Part shown: positions 10,302-20,824 of the stretch, piece after piece | Layout: every line of letters begins with the position of its first letter | How positions within the stretch are numbered: the first letter of the stretch is position 1 | Assembly (NCBI GenBank): GCA_963803805.1 | Contig: CAWDOD010000008.1 | Coordinates: 64,001 to 128,000, forward strand | Length of the DNA: 64,000 bases | Source: an uncultured cyanobacterium | GTDB taxonomy: Bacteria; Cyanobacteriota; Cyanobacteriia; Cyanobacteriales; CAWCAG01 | Reading direction: 5' to 3' | Program-made: the position numbers and the translations under genes | Notes under the pieces: model-generated | What the model saw: only the letters and a program-made list of their open reading frames with translations | The model's database searches: none | What the model was told of the DNA's origin: nothing

Positions 10302-11591
10302 TTAGTGAGCTTTACGACGGCGAGAAGCGAAGAAGCCGCCCATAGCTAAGAAAAGACCAGCGAGGGTGCTGGGTTCAGGAATTTCAGTACTTTCAGCAGT
10401 AGTGATATCAGTAGGACCTTCAGCAGTAGTTGGCTCAGTAGGACCTTCAGCAGTAGTTGGCTCAGTAGGACCTTCAGCAGTAGTTGGCTCAGTAGGACCT
10501 TCAGCAGTAGTTGGCTCAGTAGGTCCTTCAGCAGTAGTTGGCTCAGTAGGACCTTCAGCAGTAGTTGGCTCAGTAGGGCCTTCAGCAGTAGTTGGCTCAG
10601 TAGGACCTTCAGCAGTAGTTGGCTCAGTAGGACCTTCAGCAGTAGTTGGCTCAGTAGGGCCTTCAGCAGTAGTTGGCTCAGTAGGGCCTTCAGCAGTAGT
10701 TGGCTCAGTAGCAGTCTCGCTAGCAGGCAGACTACCAGTAAACACAGGTAAGTGTACTTCACCACGTTGGTCAAAAGACTTAACCACCACACTACCTTCT
10801 AACTCAGTCTGATTTGTCAAATGAGCCAAAGGTGCTAATAGAGAACCATGTAAAGCATTGTTGAAAGTCAATGTTTCCGCTTCATAGAAGTTCCACAACA
10901 CCTTTTGCTGAATGGAGTCTCCGGTTAACCCCCCCACAATGTTACCTTGAGTCCAGTTCGCAAAAGTACCGCTAACGTTAATAATTGCTGTTCCTGAACC
11001 ATTCAGGTTTAGTTCAATTTGTTGGGTCTTATCACTGAACAGTTGGGAAGCATCTATATTAAATATAGCAATGTCATCTCCAGAACCATTAAATTTAACA
11101 GCACCAGGTTGAGTCCCAGGAACAATCACACTACTATTGCTCGCTAAACCAGAAAGTTGGGTAGAAGTGCCTGTAAGGAAATTTTTCAGTTGGCTAAACT
11201 CACTAGCCAGGTCACTATTTTGAGTTTTGCTACCACCGCCATTCATGTTGACAGTAGAGTTGAGAAGACCACCGTACTCTAAATCAGTACCATTATTAAT
11301 CTGCTTGGGGTTGCCTTCTATGTTACCGACAACCTTTAAACCAACGCCATCAGAAGGCTCGAAGCTACCACCGGCAGAGCAGTGAATACAGTAATTAGAA
11401 GAGCTTCCCAACAGGTTGCCACCGATAAAAGCATTACCTTCGACTTCGGAGTTACTAATTAAATCCTCAAATACCACTAAGTTGTAATCACCGAGAGTAA
11501 AAGCTGAAGCAATGGTGGGGAAAGCGACTGTCCAAGATGTAGCTATAGCAGAAAGAGCGATTGTAGCGACTGGCTTAAAAATTAAGTTCAT
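10302..11591 (-). CDS. Choice-of-anchor A domain PEP-CTERM surface protein with Thr/Pro/Glu stalk
   Basis: Signal peptide; YNLVVFEDL..SEVEG, VLWNFYEA, GSLLAP, GEVH; C-terminal IPEPSTL-TM-RRRK. Confidence 0.85.
   Translation of the reverse strand: MNLIFKPVATIALSAIATSWTVAFPTIASAFTLGDYNLVVFEDLISNSEVEGNAFIGGNLLGSSSNYCIHCSAGGSFEPSDGVGLKVVGNIEGNPKQINNGTDLEYGGLLNSTVNMNGGGSKTQNSDLASEFSQLKNFLTGTSTQLSGLASNSSVIVPGTQPGAVKFNGSGDDIAIFNIDASQLFSDKTQQIELNLNGSGTAIINVSGTFANWTQGNIVGGLTGDSIQQKVLWNFYEAETLTFNNALHGSLLAPLAHLTNQTELEGSVVVKSFDQRGEVHLPVFTGSLPASETATEPTTAEGPTEPTTAEGPTEPTTAEGPTEPTTAEGPTEPTTAEGPTEPTTAEGPTEPTTAEGPTEPTTAEGPTEPTTAEGPTEPTTAEGPTEPTTAEGPTDITTAESTEIPEPSTLAGLFLAMGGFFASRRRKAH
10411..10710 (-). repeat. 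27-bp coding tandem repeat, about 11 copies (TEPTTAEGP)
   Basis: Unit GTAGGACCTTCAGCAGTAGTTGGCTCA, head-to-tail, no spacers. Confidence 0.95.
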
Positions 11592-11753
11592 AGTAGATTA
11601 CCGGAGAATTTGTTTGTCTGATTACTTATCAGTATCAGAGGCTCCTGTCTGACTTTGGGTATATGCACTGTATTAGTTGGTGTATGAATTGTAAAGTTAG
11701 TAATAAGAGTCTTACAAGTTATGATGAATCTAACTAAAATTCTCTTTCTTTAA

Positions 11754-13049
11754 GAGAAGACAACAAAAAAGATGATCCAATAATCAAGTAGGTTTACCGA
11801 TGATATCGACAAACCACTTGGGCAAAAGGGAAAATCTCTGAACTTGTTTCTCTAACTTGGCCATAGCCCTCTGAGTTAATTTAACTCCAGTGTGATAAAC
11901 TTTCTCCACGAGCCGAACGACAGGTTGCTGACCTCGAAAAGTCAAGTTTTCAGCAAAGCGTAGCACCGTTTCAACACTGTCAAGTAAGCTACCATTCCAA
12001 TGTTGTTCTAACCAGCCAAAGGTACGCTCGACGGGATTATATTTGCTGTGATAGGGAGGATAGTAAGCCAAGCTAATGTGGAGTTGAGAGTGACAAGCAA
12101 ACCCCACAATTCGATGGAGAAACTGAGTACGACGGGAATGATTTTCTGGGCCATTGTCCTGGTTTAGTACCAATTTATCGATATCTCGAAAGCGGTCTTT
12201 AACCGTTGACCACCACAACTCCAGCAAATCCACAATACAATCTGCCGTCAGTTTGGAGCTGACAAAGAACAAGTACAACTCCTGGTATTGAGGCAGAAAA
12301 ATACCGTAGGGAGTTATGGTTGTAGTGGGAGTAAAGTCATGGTCTAGAGCTATTGTCCCAACTCTGGTTTTACCTCCGCGATCAAATTCCCCAATCTTGA
12401 TTACTGCTTTGGCATCCATAGAAATGCGTAGGGTCTTAGGGTCTGCATCTGCTTGTTGATTGACTTGGTTGAGATGCTTAAAAATCTCTTCGGTTTCTGG
12501 TATCCGCTTTTTGGGTTTTGCTTTCTGTACTCGTTTTAAGCTATACCCCATTTCGTTTAAGCGACGGCGTATCGTCTCCACACTCGGTAATTCTTCTTCG
12601 GTATAGCCTTTGTGTTTGATTAACTGACGACGTACCTGTGCTGCACTCATCCTAGTGTATAAGCGAGTACTCTGGAAACTTGGGTCTGTTTGTGTTTGTG
12701 AGTCTACCAAGCCTCGTATATCTTCTCCCAATTGCGGCAGTTTCTTTTCTACTCGCTTACGTCCACTACGTTCATAACCATCCTTGATTTCTTCCCCACT
12801 AGTTAATTCCTTTATTCCTTTACGGATTGTTCGTCGATTCCACTTCAATTCTCTTTCTGCTAAACTTTGTCCCCCTACACCTAATTCTTTCACTACTGCT
12901 GCCATAAACTGCCGTCTGGCACTACCTTTGAGTTGTTTGGCTGTTTTTATATAAAGAACTTTTATACTTTCGCTTAGTTTCTTCATCCACTTTTTTTACT
13001 CTCACAATTCTCCTAATTTAAACTGGATCATTCTTTTTGTGGCTCTCTC
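11754..13049 (-). mobile_element. ISAzo13-family insertion sequence, apparently intact
   Basis: Imperfect 26-bp terminal IRs starting GAGA and ending ATGATCCA; TAA duplication at 11751-11753 and 13050-13052. Confidence 0.9.
11784..12986 (-). CDS. ISAzo13-family transposase
   Basis: QTDPSFQSTRLYTR, ISMDAK, DNGPENHS, YPPYHSKYNPVER. Confidence 0.93.
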   Translation of the reverse strand: MKKLSESIKVLYIKTAKQLKGSARRQFMAAVVKELGVGGQSLAERELKWNRRTIRKGIKELTSGEEIKDGYERSGRKRVEKKLPQLGEDIRGLVDSQTQTDPSFQSTRLYTRMSAAQVRRQLIKHKGYTEEELPSVETIRRRLNEMGYSLKRVQKAKPKKRIPETEEIFKHLNQVNQQADADPKTLRISMDAKAVIKIGEFDRGGKTRVGTIALDHDFTPTTTITPYGIFLPQYQELYLFFVSSKLTADCIVDLLELWWSTVKDRFRDIDKLVLNQDNGPENHSRRTQFLHRIVGFACHSQLHISLAYYPPYHSKYNPVERTFGWLEQHWNGSLLDSVETVLRFAENLTFRGQQPVVRLVEKVYHTGVKLTQRAMAKLEKQVQRFSLLPKWFVDIIGKPT

Positions 13050-13185
13050 TAAGGTGAGTAGGGCTAAGGTTCGAGAGTAAGTTAAAAGTATCTATTTTGC
13101 CCCTTTTCCCTTTACCTCTTTCTTATTCCCTATTACTCATAATTAGACTAGGATCAAAAATAGAGTTATTAAAAAGAGGTGAACT

Positions 13186-13425
13186 ATGGCCACAATGGCG
13201 CTTACTACAGATAACGTAGAACAAGTACTTGATGAAATGCGACCCTATTTAATGGCAGATGGCGGTAACGTGGACTTGGTAGAAATAGACGGTCCCGTCG
13301 TTAAATTAAAATTACAAGGGGCTTGTGGTTCTTGCCCTAGTTCCGCTATGACCTTAAGAATGGGTATTGAACGTCGTCTTCGTGAATATATCCCTGAAAT
13401 TGCTGAAGTTGAACAGGTTCTTTAG
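13186..13425 (+). CDS. NifU/NfuA-family Fe-S scaffold protein
   Basis: [26 protein letters not shown] upstream. Confidence 0.93.
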   Translation: MATMALTTDNVEQVLDEMRPYLMADGGNVDLVEIDGPVVKLKLQGACGSCPSSAMTLRMGIERRLREYIPEIAEVEQVL

Positions 13426-13447
13426 TTACTTCTCCTACCTTTGTCTA

Positions 13448-13519
13448 ACCCTCTCCTGGCAGGAGAGGGAACAATTCTCCCCTGCTTCTCCCTTGACAGG
13501 GGAGATTTAAGAGGGGTCT
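13448..13519. repeat. Palindromic intergenic element (two hairpins)
   Basis: CCCTCTCCTG-GCAGGAGAGGG and TCTCCCTTGACAGGGGAGA. Confidence 0.55.
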
Positions 13520-13665
13520 GGAGATGGGAAAGTTTTGTCTTAGTTCAGAACTTGCAAAAACCCTATTTCCCTTTTCTTATTAGAAAGCTCTGCAAAATCC
13601 TAATTTTTAATTTACTATACGCGAGAAGGCTTACGCCAATAATTTTTAATTTTTAATTCCCAACC

Positions 13666-15912
13666 ATGTCCCACCCTCTCCATGTTGCTTTTATCTGGCA
13701 TCAACACCAACCTTTGTACAAATCTCGCAACGCCACCAACGATAACTTAGGGGCCTATCGCTTACCTTGGGTTCGTCTCCATGGGACAAAGGATTATTTA
13801 GATTTAGTCCTGATTTTGGAACGCTATCCTCAACTACACCAAACGGTTAACTTGGTTCCTTCTTTGATCTTGCAGCTAGAAGACTATATTTCTAACCAAG
13901 CCATGGACCCTTACTTAGCCTTAGCTTTAACCCAAGAAGAGAAATTAGACCAAAATCAGCGCCAATTTATTATCCAACACTTCTTTGATGCCAACCATCA
14001 TACCCTCATTGATCCCCATCCCCGCTACGCCGAATTGTATTATCAACGTCAGGACAATGGTTATGATTGGTGTTTGCAAAATTGGACAGCTAAAGAATAT
14101 GGCGACTTACTCGCTTGGCATAACTTAGCTTGGATTGACCCCATCTTTTGGGATGATCCCGAAATTGCCACCTGGTTGGAACAGGGCAAAGATTTTAGTT
14201 TAAGCGATCGCCAACGCATCTATACCAAGCAAAAGCAGATCCTCAGTCGCATCATTCCGCAACATAAAAAGATGCAAGAAACAGGGCAATTAGAAGTTAC
14301 TACAACTCCCTATACCCATCCCATTTTACCCCTGTTAGCCGACACCGACTCCGGGCGAGTCGCAGTCCCTAACATGGCCTTGCCCCAAAAGAGATTTCAG
14401 TGGCAAGAAGATATTCCCCGACACCTACAAAAAGCTTGGGATCTTTATAAAGATAGATTTGGTAGGGAACCCAGAGGATTATGGCCTTCGGAACAATCCG
14501 TTAGCCCCGCTACCTTACCCTACATTGCCCAACAAGGTTTCAAATGGATTTGTTCTGATGAAGCAGTCTTGGGTTGGAGCATCAAGCACTTTTTCCACCG
14601 GGATGAAGTAGGCAACGTTTGGGAACCAGAATTATTATATCGCCCCTATCGCCTAGAAACACCCCAAGGTGAGTTGGCCATTGTCTTCCGAGATCACCGC
14701 CTTTCTGATTTAATTGGCTTCACCTACGGCTCAATGGAACCCAACCATGCAGCAGCAGATTTAGTTGGACATTTAGAAGCGATCGCCCGTACCCTCAAAC
14801 AACACCAAAATGACCAGAATAATGGCTTAGAAAAGCCTTGGTTAGTTACCATCGCTTTAGATGGGGAAAATTGTTGGGAATATTATCAAAAAGACGGCTT
14901 ACTCTTCCTCGAAGCCCTCTATAAAAAACTCAGCCAAGAAACAGATATTAAACTAGTAACAGTAGGAGAGTTTATTGATCAATTTCCTCCCACAGAAACC
15001 ATCCCCGCAGCACAACTTCACAGTGGTTCTTGGGTAGATGGTAGCTTCACAACCTGGATTGGTGATCCTGCCAAAAACCGGGCTTGGGACTTACTAACAG
15101 AAGCAAGGCAAATGTTAGCTAATCATCCTGAAGCAACGGAAGAAAACAACCCTGAAGCCTGGGAAGCCTTATATGCTGCCGAAGGATCTGATTGGTTTTG
15201 GTGGTTTGGCGAAGGACATTCTTCCAACCAAGATGCTATGTTTGACCAACTATTTCGGGAACACTTAGCAGGTATTTACCAAGCCTTAAATGAACCCATA
15301 CCTCCCCATGTCTACCATCAAGTAGAATCTCATCAAGTGAAAGAAAATCAATTACCAAGAAGTTTCATCAGCCCTACCATAGATGGCTTAGGGGACGAAC
15401 AAGATTGGGACAGTGCTGGACGGATTGAAGTTGGGGGTGCAAGGGGAACCATGCACCGTAGCAGTACTGTACAGCGTCTTTTTTATGGGTTAGATCACAT
15501 CAACTTTTACCTGCGTTTGGATTTCCAAGCCGGAGTTCAACCCGGTCAAGATATTCCCCCAGAAGTACATCTGTTATGGTTCTATGCTGGAAAAACCATG
15601 TTCAATTCCCCTGCACCCATTATAAACTTGCCGGATGTAGCCCCTCTAAATTACCTCTTCCATCACCACTTAGGCATCAACCTCATCACCCAATCAAATT
15701 GGTTTGAAGAAGCAAACGAACAGTATCAGTGGCAAACTAGATCTGGCCGCGCTTCTGTTGCTTTTAATAAATGCTTAGAATTAGCAGTACCCTGGGCTGA
15801 TCTCCACATTCAACCAGACTATCCTGTAAGATTAATGGTGATTTTAGCTGATCACAGCAAGTTTAAAAGCCACGTACCAGAAGGGGATTTAATTGCTTTA
15901 ACTTGCCCCTGA
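13666..15912 (+). CDS. Glycoside hydrolase family 57
   Basis: WHQHQP, HPILPL, GLWPSEQ, ALDGENCW, AEGSDWFWW. Confidence 0.92.
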   Translation: MSHPLHVAFIWHQHQPLYKSRNATNDNLGAYRLPWVRLHGTKDYLDLVLILERYPQLHQTVNLVPSLILQLEDYISNQAMDPYLALALTQEEKLDQNQRQFIIQHFFDANHHTLIDPHPRYAELYYQRQDNGYDWCLQNWTAKEYGDLLAWHNLAWIDPIFWDDPEIATWLEQGKDFSLSDRQRIYTKQKQILSRIIPQHKKMQETGQLEVTTTPYTHPILPLLADTDSGRVAVPNMALPQKRFQWQEDIPRHLQKAWDLYKDRFGREPRGLWPSEQSVSPATLPYIAQQGFKWICSDEAVLGWSIKHFFHRDEVGNVWEPELLYRPYRLETPQGELAIVFRDHRLSDLIGFTYGSMEPNHAAADLVGHLEAIARTLKQHQNDQNNGLEKPWLVTIALDGENCWEYYQKDGLLFLEALYKKLSQETDIKLVTVGEFIDQFPPTETIPAAQLHSGSWVDGSFTTWIGDPAKNRAWDLLTEARQMLANHPEATEENNPEAWEALYAAEGSDWFWWFGEGHSSNQDAMFDQLFREHLAGIYQALNEPIPPHVYHQVESHQVKENQLPRSFISPTIDGLGDEQDWDSAGRIEVGGARGTMHRSSTVQRLFYGLDHINFYLRLDFQAGVQPGQDIPPEVHLLWFYAGKTMFNSPAPIINLPDVAPLNYLFHHHLGINLITQSNWFEEANEQYQWQTRSGRASVAFNKCLELAVPWADLHIQPDYPVRLMVILADHSKFKSHVPEGDLIALTCP

Positions 15913-16267
15913 TTCAATGGTCAATGAGCAATGATGCCTAATGGCAACAGCAAGCCGAACAGTTATCAAGTTATCGGGGCGACCTGTTTTCCCAGTATGA
16001 TTAATAAACTAGGGTTTAAATTGAGGGTCGCCCATCAATCCGTAAACCAGAACAACTTTTTCCTGAAGATAGTCATCAGGGGCTGGGTATAAAAAGAAAA
16101 TAGTCGTTTTCAGCGTCGGGATGTAAGTAAAGTTTTCCAACTTATACAAGCCCATTCATCAGGTTTTTTTCTTCAATTGAGCTAAATTATAACTCTGGGG
16201 AGAACAACTTCTACTCAAAAAGAGCGAACAATAATTATAATATATTCTCCTAGAATAAAAGTAGCTA

Positions 16268-16978
16268 ATGACAAGGTCTAACTGGCTTAGCCAAAGTAAT
16301 AATAATCGAGCTAAACAGTCTCTTTATTATACAAATAAAGCTCCCTCAATCCAGAGAAAAAACAAGGCCCATGGTGGAAGCAAGCTAATCTTTTTAACCT
16401 TCTTTGGGTTACTCATTCTTTTATTTCATGTTGCTAGTCATAAAAAAGCTTTTTTATTAAAACAAGCTGGTTATATTCCACCTTTAGCTATGACAGGAGG
16501 AAACCCTTATATCCGCGCTTTAATGCGGACAATTTCTGTTAGTGAAGCGAAAGATTTTAGCCCCTACACTCTTCTATATGGCGGTGAGCATATCACAGAT
16601 TTAAGCCGCCATCCTAACCAATGTATTACTATTGTCAATGGTCCTAATGAAGGTAACTGTAGTACAGCCGCAGGAAGATACCAGATTTTAACCACAACTT
16701 GGCAAGAAAAAGTGAATAAATATAGCGGAGGAGATACGCAAATTTATAGTTTTCAACCATCATCTCAAGACCAAGTAGTTTATGCTTGGTTAAATGACAA
16801 ACAAGCTTGGGGAGAGGATATTTCTACCTTGCTTCAAGAAGGAAAAGTTGAGGAGGTTTTAAGACTTCTTTCTGGAACTTGGACAAGTTTAGGCTATGGC
16901 ATAGAAACCAACCAACTCACCCCTTTATTACCAGAAGTATATGAAGAGGTTTTAGCAGAAGAGTTGGGAAGAAAGTAA
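16268..16978 (+). CDS. Membrane-anchored lambda-lysozyme-like muramidase
   Basis: RALMRTISVSE, STAAGRYQIL, WTSL motifs; N-terminal TM. Confidence 0.8.
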   Translation: MTRSNWLSQSNNNRAKQSLYYTNKAPSIQRKNKAHGGSKLIFLTFFGLLILLFHVASHKKAFLLKQAGYIPPLAMTGGNPYIRALMRTISVSEAKDFSPYTLLYGGEHITDLSRHPNQCITIVNGPNEGNCSTAAGRYQILTTTWQEKVNKYSGGDTQIYSFQPSSQDQVVYAWLNDKQAWGEDISTLLQEGKVEEVLRLLSGTWTSLGYGIETNQLTPLLPEVYEEVLAEELGRK

Positions 16979-17156
16979 TAGGTAATGGGTAACAGAACTC
17001 ATTTCTTTTGGTGTCATACTTGATTGGATTTTCTATTATCTACTTGCTGTTAAAAGCAATTATTTATTATTAAATAAGTCGTTGAGCCAGTCTATAAAAA
17101 TACTTGCGATCGCATCCCTTTCTACTGTGAATCCCTTAATGATAAATTATTGGCTC

Positions 17157-17365
17157 GTAGGGTGTGTTAGGCGGTCATCATTACCTGGGAACCAAAAAGT
17201 TTTTATCCGCCGTAACGCACCAGTTATTTTCTGAATAAATACAAGTTAATTAACCAGATTTTTCTATTATAAACTCACTTCTTTAGTTCATTTGTGGTGC
17301 GTTACGTGCTGAAGTAAATTTGACTCATTTATCAACAATCGTACCGCAGCACTAACACACCCTAC
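17157..17365. repeat. GTAG-type REP doublet / MITE-like element
   Basis: Outer IR GTAGGGTGTGTTAG / CTAACACACCCTAC; inner IR CGTAACGCACCA / TGGTGCGTTACG. Confidence 0.8.
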
Positions 17366-17459
17366 CATCTGTTTGAAAAATAGCGAATCGCACTATCATG
17401 GCAAGGGACAAAAAGGCAAGGCTTTAGATCATTTATTTCTAGCAATTAGCTATTAGCAA

Positions 17460-19376
17460 CTAAAAAGAATTCAACTCAACAATATCCAACATTGTAAACT
17501 GCCTTTCTTGCTCTAATTTCCTAATTTTTTGTTCTGCTAAGCGAAACTCTTGAAAATAATATTGAGAAGTTTTTGGAGAAGTGGCAATATTTTTTTGCCA
17601 CTGTTCTAAACTATAACGTTTATGTTTTTCGTAAGTTACTTGTTCTAGGGAAGTAATCGCCACTTTAATCAGCAAAGGAGCGCGACTAATATCTTTACTT
17701 TGAGTTTCACTTAGGTTGAATAAATGGCTAACTTGAGCTATTTGTTCAGAGTACTCAACTGCCAAATCTCGCAACTGAGAAATCAACTGCTCTTGGTTAT
17801 ATATTTCGATAATTTTTTGCCACAAAAAACGGTGGTGAGAAAAACCAAATAATAGTTCTTTTTCCTCCATCATTAGCCTTATTTCATGACGATATTCAGG
17901 GACATGGAGATAAAGGCGTAATAAAAGAGATTCAGCTTGTTTTAGCAGTTCTGATTCAGGATTCTCTGGCAAATAAACAGGAATAACTGTTTCAGTTTGA
18001 ATTGCTGCTGAGGATTTCCGAGGTTTCTTTAACTTATTAAGAAAGTTTTTGGTATAAAAAGAACTTTGTTGAGAGTCTCCAGGAGCGAGAATTTGCCCAC
18101 ATTTAATAACATAATGAGTCTGTTTATTAGCATCTTCAATGCGACCTAATAATTTGAGCATTTCTTGGGCAACTTGCTCAAATTGATTTGCTTGCTTGAG
18201 GTCTTTTCCTACTACAATTTGCTCAAGCTGCCAATCAATCCATAAAGGTGCGTTAACCAAAGCATCTTGATAAATTTGAGTGGCTTGGGGGCTAGATTTA
18301 AGAAACTCATCGGCATCTTTCCCATCAGGAAGATTAAGTACTTTTAATTGTACTTGCCCCGAATAAATTAAAGGTTCAATCTCTTTAATCGCCCGTTGTG
18401 TTGCCGTATTCCCTGCTTCATCAGCATCAAAATTAAAAATAACCTGCTTCGATTCTGTATAACGTAAAAGACTCTTAATTTGCTCTGGGCTTAAAGCCGT
18501 ACCCATAGAAGCAACAGCATTATTTATACCAACAGCGTGGAGAGCGATCGCATCAAAATACCCCTCTACCACGATAGCTTTGTCTTCTTTGGCAATAGCT
18601 TGCCGCGCCTTATCCAGAGCAAAAAGAGTCTTACCTTTATCAAAAAGTGGTGTTTCTGGGGAATTAAGATACTTCGGTTGTTCATCGGTTAAGGTTCTAC
18701 TACCAAAACCAATAATTCTACCTTGGGTATCATTAATGGGAATTATCAAGCGATCCCGAAAACGATCATAATAACCACTCCCCTTTTGACGCTGCTGAAT
18801 TAAGCCTGCTTGCTGCAACAACTCCACAGAATAGCGTTTCACCTCCACCAAATAACGGTAAAGGGTTTCCCAGCCCGGTGGGGCATAACCAAGCTGAAAC
18901 TGTTGAATCGTCTCTTCATCTAACTGACGTTCAGATTTGAGATAATTAAGAGCTACTTCTCCTTGAGATTGCCGTAAAGCGTGTTGATAAAAATTTGCTG
19001 CTAAAGCCAAAATCTCATAAAGTTGTTCCCGTAAAGAAAGTTGGCGTTGTAACTCCTGCCTTTGTTCTGGTTCGAGGGTTTTTACCGGAACTTGATAGCG
19101 CCGTGCCAAATTTAGCACAACCTCAGAAAAAGACTGCTGACCAATTTCCATTAAGAAATTAACTGCATTTCCCCCTTTACCACAACCGAAGCAATAATAT
19201 AGCTGCTTACCGGGGCTAACACTAAAACTAGGGCTTTTCTCCTCATGAAAAGGGCAAAGTCCTTGAAAATCTTTACCTCGTTTCCGCAGAACAACGTGTT
19301 CTGAAACAACCTCAACGAGATCAGATCTTTGCTTAACTTCCTCAACAGTATCTGGATGGAGGCGAGGAACTTCCAT
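17460..19376 (-). CDS. dnaG: DNA primase
   Basis: CHC2 zinc finger (CPFH...CFGC), PKYLNSPET, VEGYFD, FDADEAG Toprim. Confidence 0.97.
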   Translation of the reverse strand: MEVPRLHPDTVEEVKQRSDLVEVVSEHVVLRKRGKDFQGLCPFHEEKSPSFSVSPGKQLYYCFGCGKGGNAVNFLMEIGQQSFSEVVLNLARRYQVPVKTLEPEQRQELQRQLSLREQLYEILALAANFYQHALRQSQGEVALNYLKSERQLDEETIQQFQLGYAPPGWETLYRYLVEVKRYSVELLQQAGLIQQRQKGSGYYDRFRDRLIIPINDTQGRIIGFGSRTLTDEQPKYLNSPETPLFDKGKTLFALDKARQAIAKEDKAIVVEGYFDAIALHAVGINNAVASMGTALSPEQIKSLLRYTESKQVIFNFDADEAGNTATQRAIKEIEPLIYSGQVQLKVLNLPDGKDADEFLKSSPQATQIYQDALVNAPLWIDWQLEQIVVGKDLKQANQFEQVAQEMLKLLGRIEDANKQTHYVIKCGQILAPGDSQQSSFYTKNFLNKLKKPRKSSAAIQTETVIPVYLPENPESELLKQAESLLLRLYLHVPEYRHEIRLMMEEKELLFGFSHHRFLWQKIIEIYNQEQLISQLRDLAVEYSEQIAQVSHLFNLSETQSKDISRAPLLIKVAITSLEQVTYEKHKRYSLEQWQKNIATSPKTSQYYFQEFRLAEQKIRKLEQERQFTMLDIVELNSF

Positions 19377-19480
19377 AACGAAAATATACCAACCAATAAC
19401 TTAACTATGTATTATGGCATTGTTGAGCTTAGTCCTCTATTTGATAATTTTCGTGAATTGACATTGGATATTTAAAGCAT

Positions 19481-20824
19481 ATGGGTAGAATTTTCATCTC
19501 TGCTGGTCATGGTGGACAAGAAGGGGGAGTACTAGATCCAGGTTCTATTGCTGGAGGAACAACAGAAGCACAACAGATGATTTTGTTGCGAGATCAGGTG
19601 GTTAGGGAACTGCGATCGCGGGGTTTAGAAGTACTATCTGTTCCTGATGATCTTAGCTTCCAAGGGACAATTCAATGGATTAATGCTCGCGCTCGACTAG
19701 GAGATGTAGCCCTAGAAATTCATGCCGATGCCTATGAAAATCCTAATGTACGAGGAGCGATCGTTTTTTATATTGCCAATAATACCGAACGAAAACAAAA
19801 CGCTGAGTTGATTCTCCTTTCCTTCCTCCGGCGTATTCCCCAAATGCCCAGTCAAGGGGCTAAACCGGATACAGCTACCGGAGTAGGTAAACTAGCTTTT
19901 TGTCGGCAAATAATTGTTCCTTCTCTATTAATGGAAGTTGGTTTTATCACCAACCCAGACGATCGGGCTTTAATCATCAACCGTCGTCAGGAAATGGCTT
20001 TAGGTTTGGCAGATGGTCTAGAAGCCTGGAGTGGTGGTTTGACTACTCCAGTTAATGAACCAACTTATCCGATTATTAACATCAAAATCAACGATAGAAA
20101 CTACGAAGAAGAAGGCATTCTAGTTAATAACAACTCCTACATACCCGTTGATTTAGCTGATCGTTTAGGAGTAGACCTTACCGAAGATCCGGCTATTCGC
20201 CTCATTCAATATCGGGGGGTTGTCTACGTTAAAGCCATTGAACTACGGGATTACAATATTTCTGTGGGTTGGGAAAACTCTACCCGCACAGTTGTTTTAC
20301 GTTCTATTCTCAAGATTTGCCCTGGAGATTTTGAGCGGATCATGAGCCATGGCAACACCTCAGAGGTGCAACTCATTATGTTCCTCAAAGCTAATAATGA
20401 AGGGGCATTGAGCCAATTCCCTGAGTTACCAAAACTTTACCGGGAAGAAGCAGCTATTGAAGGGGTAAACTACGACATCGCTTTTTGCCAAATGTGTTTA
20501 GCCACTAACTTCCTTCGTTTTGGTGGTGAAATCAAGCCTAGTCAGAATAACTTCGCTGACTTAGGTTCTGTTAGTGGTGGACCCCAAGGAGCAACCTTCC
20601 CCAGTGCTAAAATTGGAGTTAGGGCCCAGGTTCAGCATCTCAAAGCCTATGCTAGTACAGAGCCTTTAGTACAAGAAGTTGTTGATCCCCGTTTTCGCTT
20701 TGTCAAGCGAGGTATTGCTCCTTTAGTACAGCAACTAGGAGGGCGTTGGACAGCAGATTTAGATTACGGTGAGAAAGTTTTAGCTATTGTTAGGCGCTTG
20801 TACGAGTCAGCAGGGTTGTTTTGA
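19481..20824 (+). CDS. N-acetylmuramoyl-L-alanine amidase plus glucosaminidase-like domain (TftA-like)
   Basis: Amidase_3 motifs ISAGHG, LEIHAD, MEVGFITN; C-terminal AQVQHLKAYA. Confidence 0.85.
   Translation: MGRIFISAGHGGQEGGVLDPGSIAGGTTEAQQMILLRDQVVRELRSRGLEVLSVPDDLSFQGTIQWINARARLGDVALEIHADAYENPNVRGAIVFYIANNTERKQNAELILLSFLRRIPQMPSQGAKPDTATGVGKLAFCRQIIVPSLLMEVGFITNPDDRALIINRRQEMALGLADGLEAWSGGLTTPVNEPTYPIINIKINDRNYEEEGILVNNNSYIPVDLADRLGVDLTEDPAIRLIQYRGVVYVKAIELRDYNISVGWENSTRTVVLRSILKICPGDFERIMSHGNTSEVQLIMFLKANNEGALSQFPELPKLYREEAAIEGVNYDIAFCQMCLATNFLRFGGEIKPSQNNFADLGSVSGGPQGATFPSAKIGVRAQVQHLKAYASTEPLVQEVVDPRFRFVKRGIAPLVQQLGGRWTADLDYGEKVLAIVRRLYESAGLF

Noticed and set aside
10411-10710. Possible CRISPR array
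   Set aside because: Repeats are contiguous with no spacers, in frame within a CDS, and no cas genes are present
10346-10812. Two 148-aa repetitive ORFs
   Set aside because: Alternative-frame shadows of the 27-bp repeat
13441-13656. 71-aa ORF
   Set aside because: TTG start, runs through a palindromic repeat, no protein features
16268-16978. Prophage endolysin
   Set aside because: No other phage genes nearby; membrane-anchored chromosomal type
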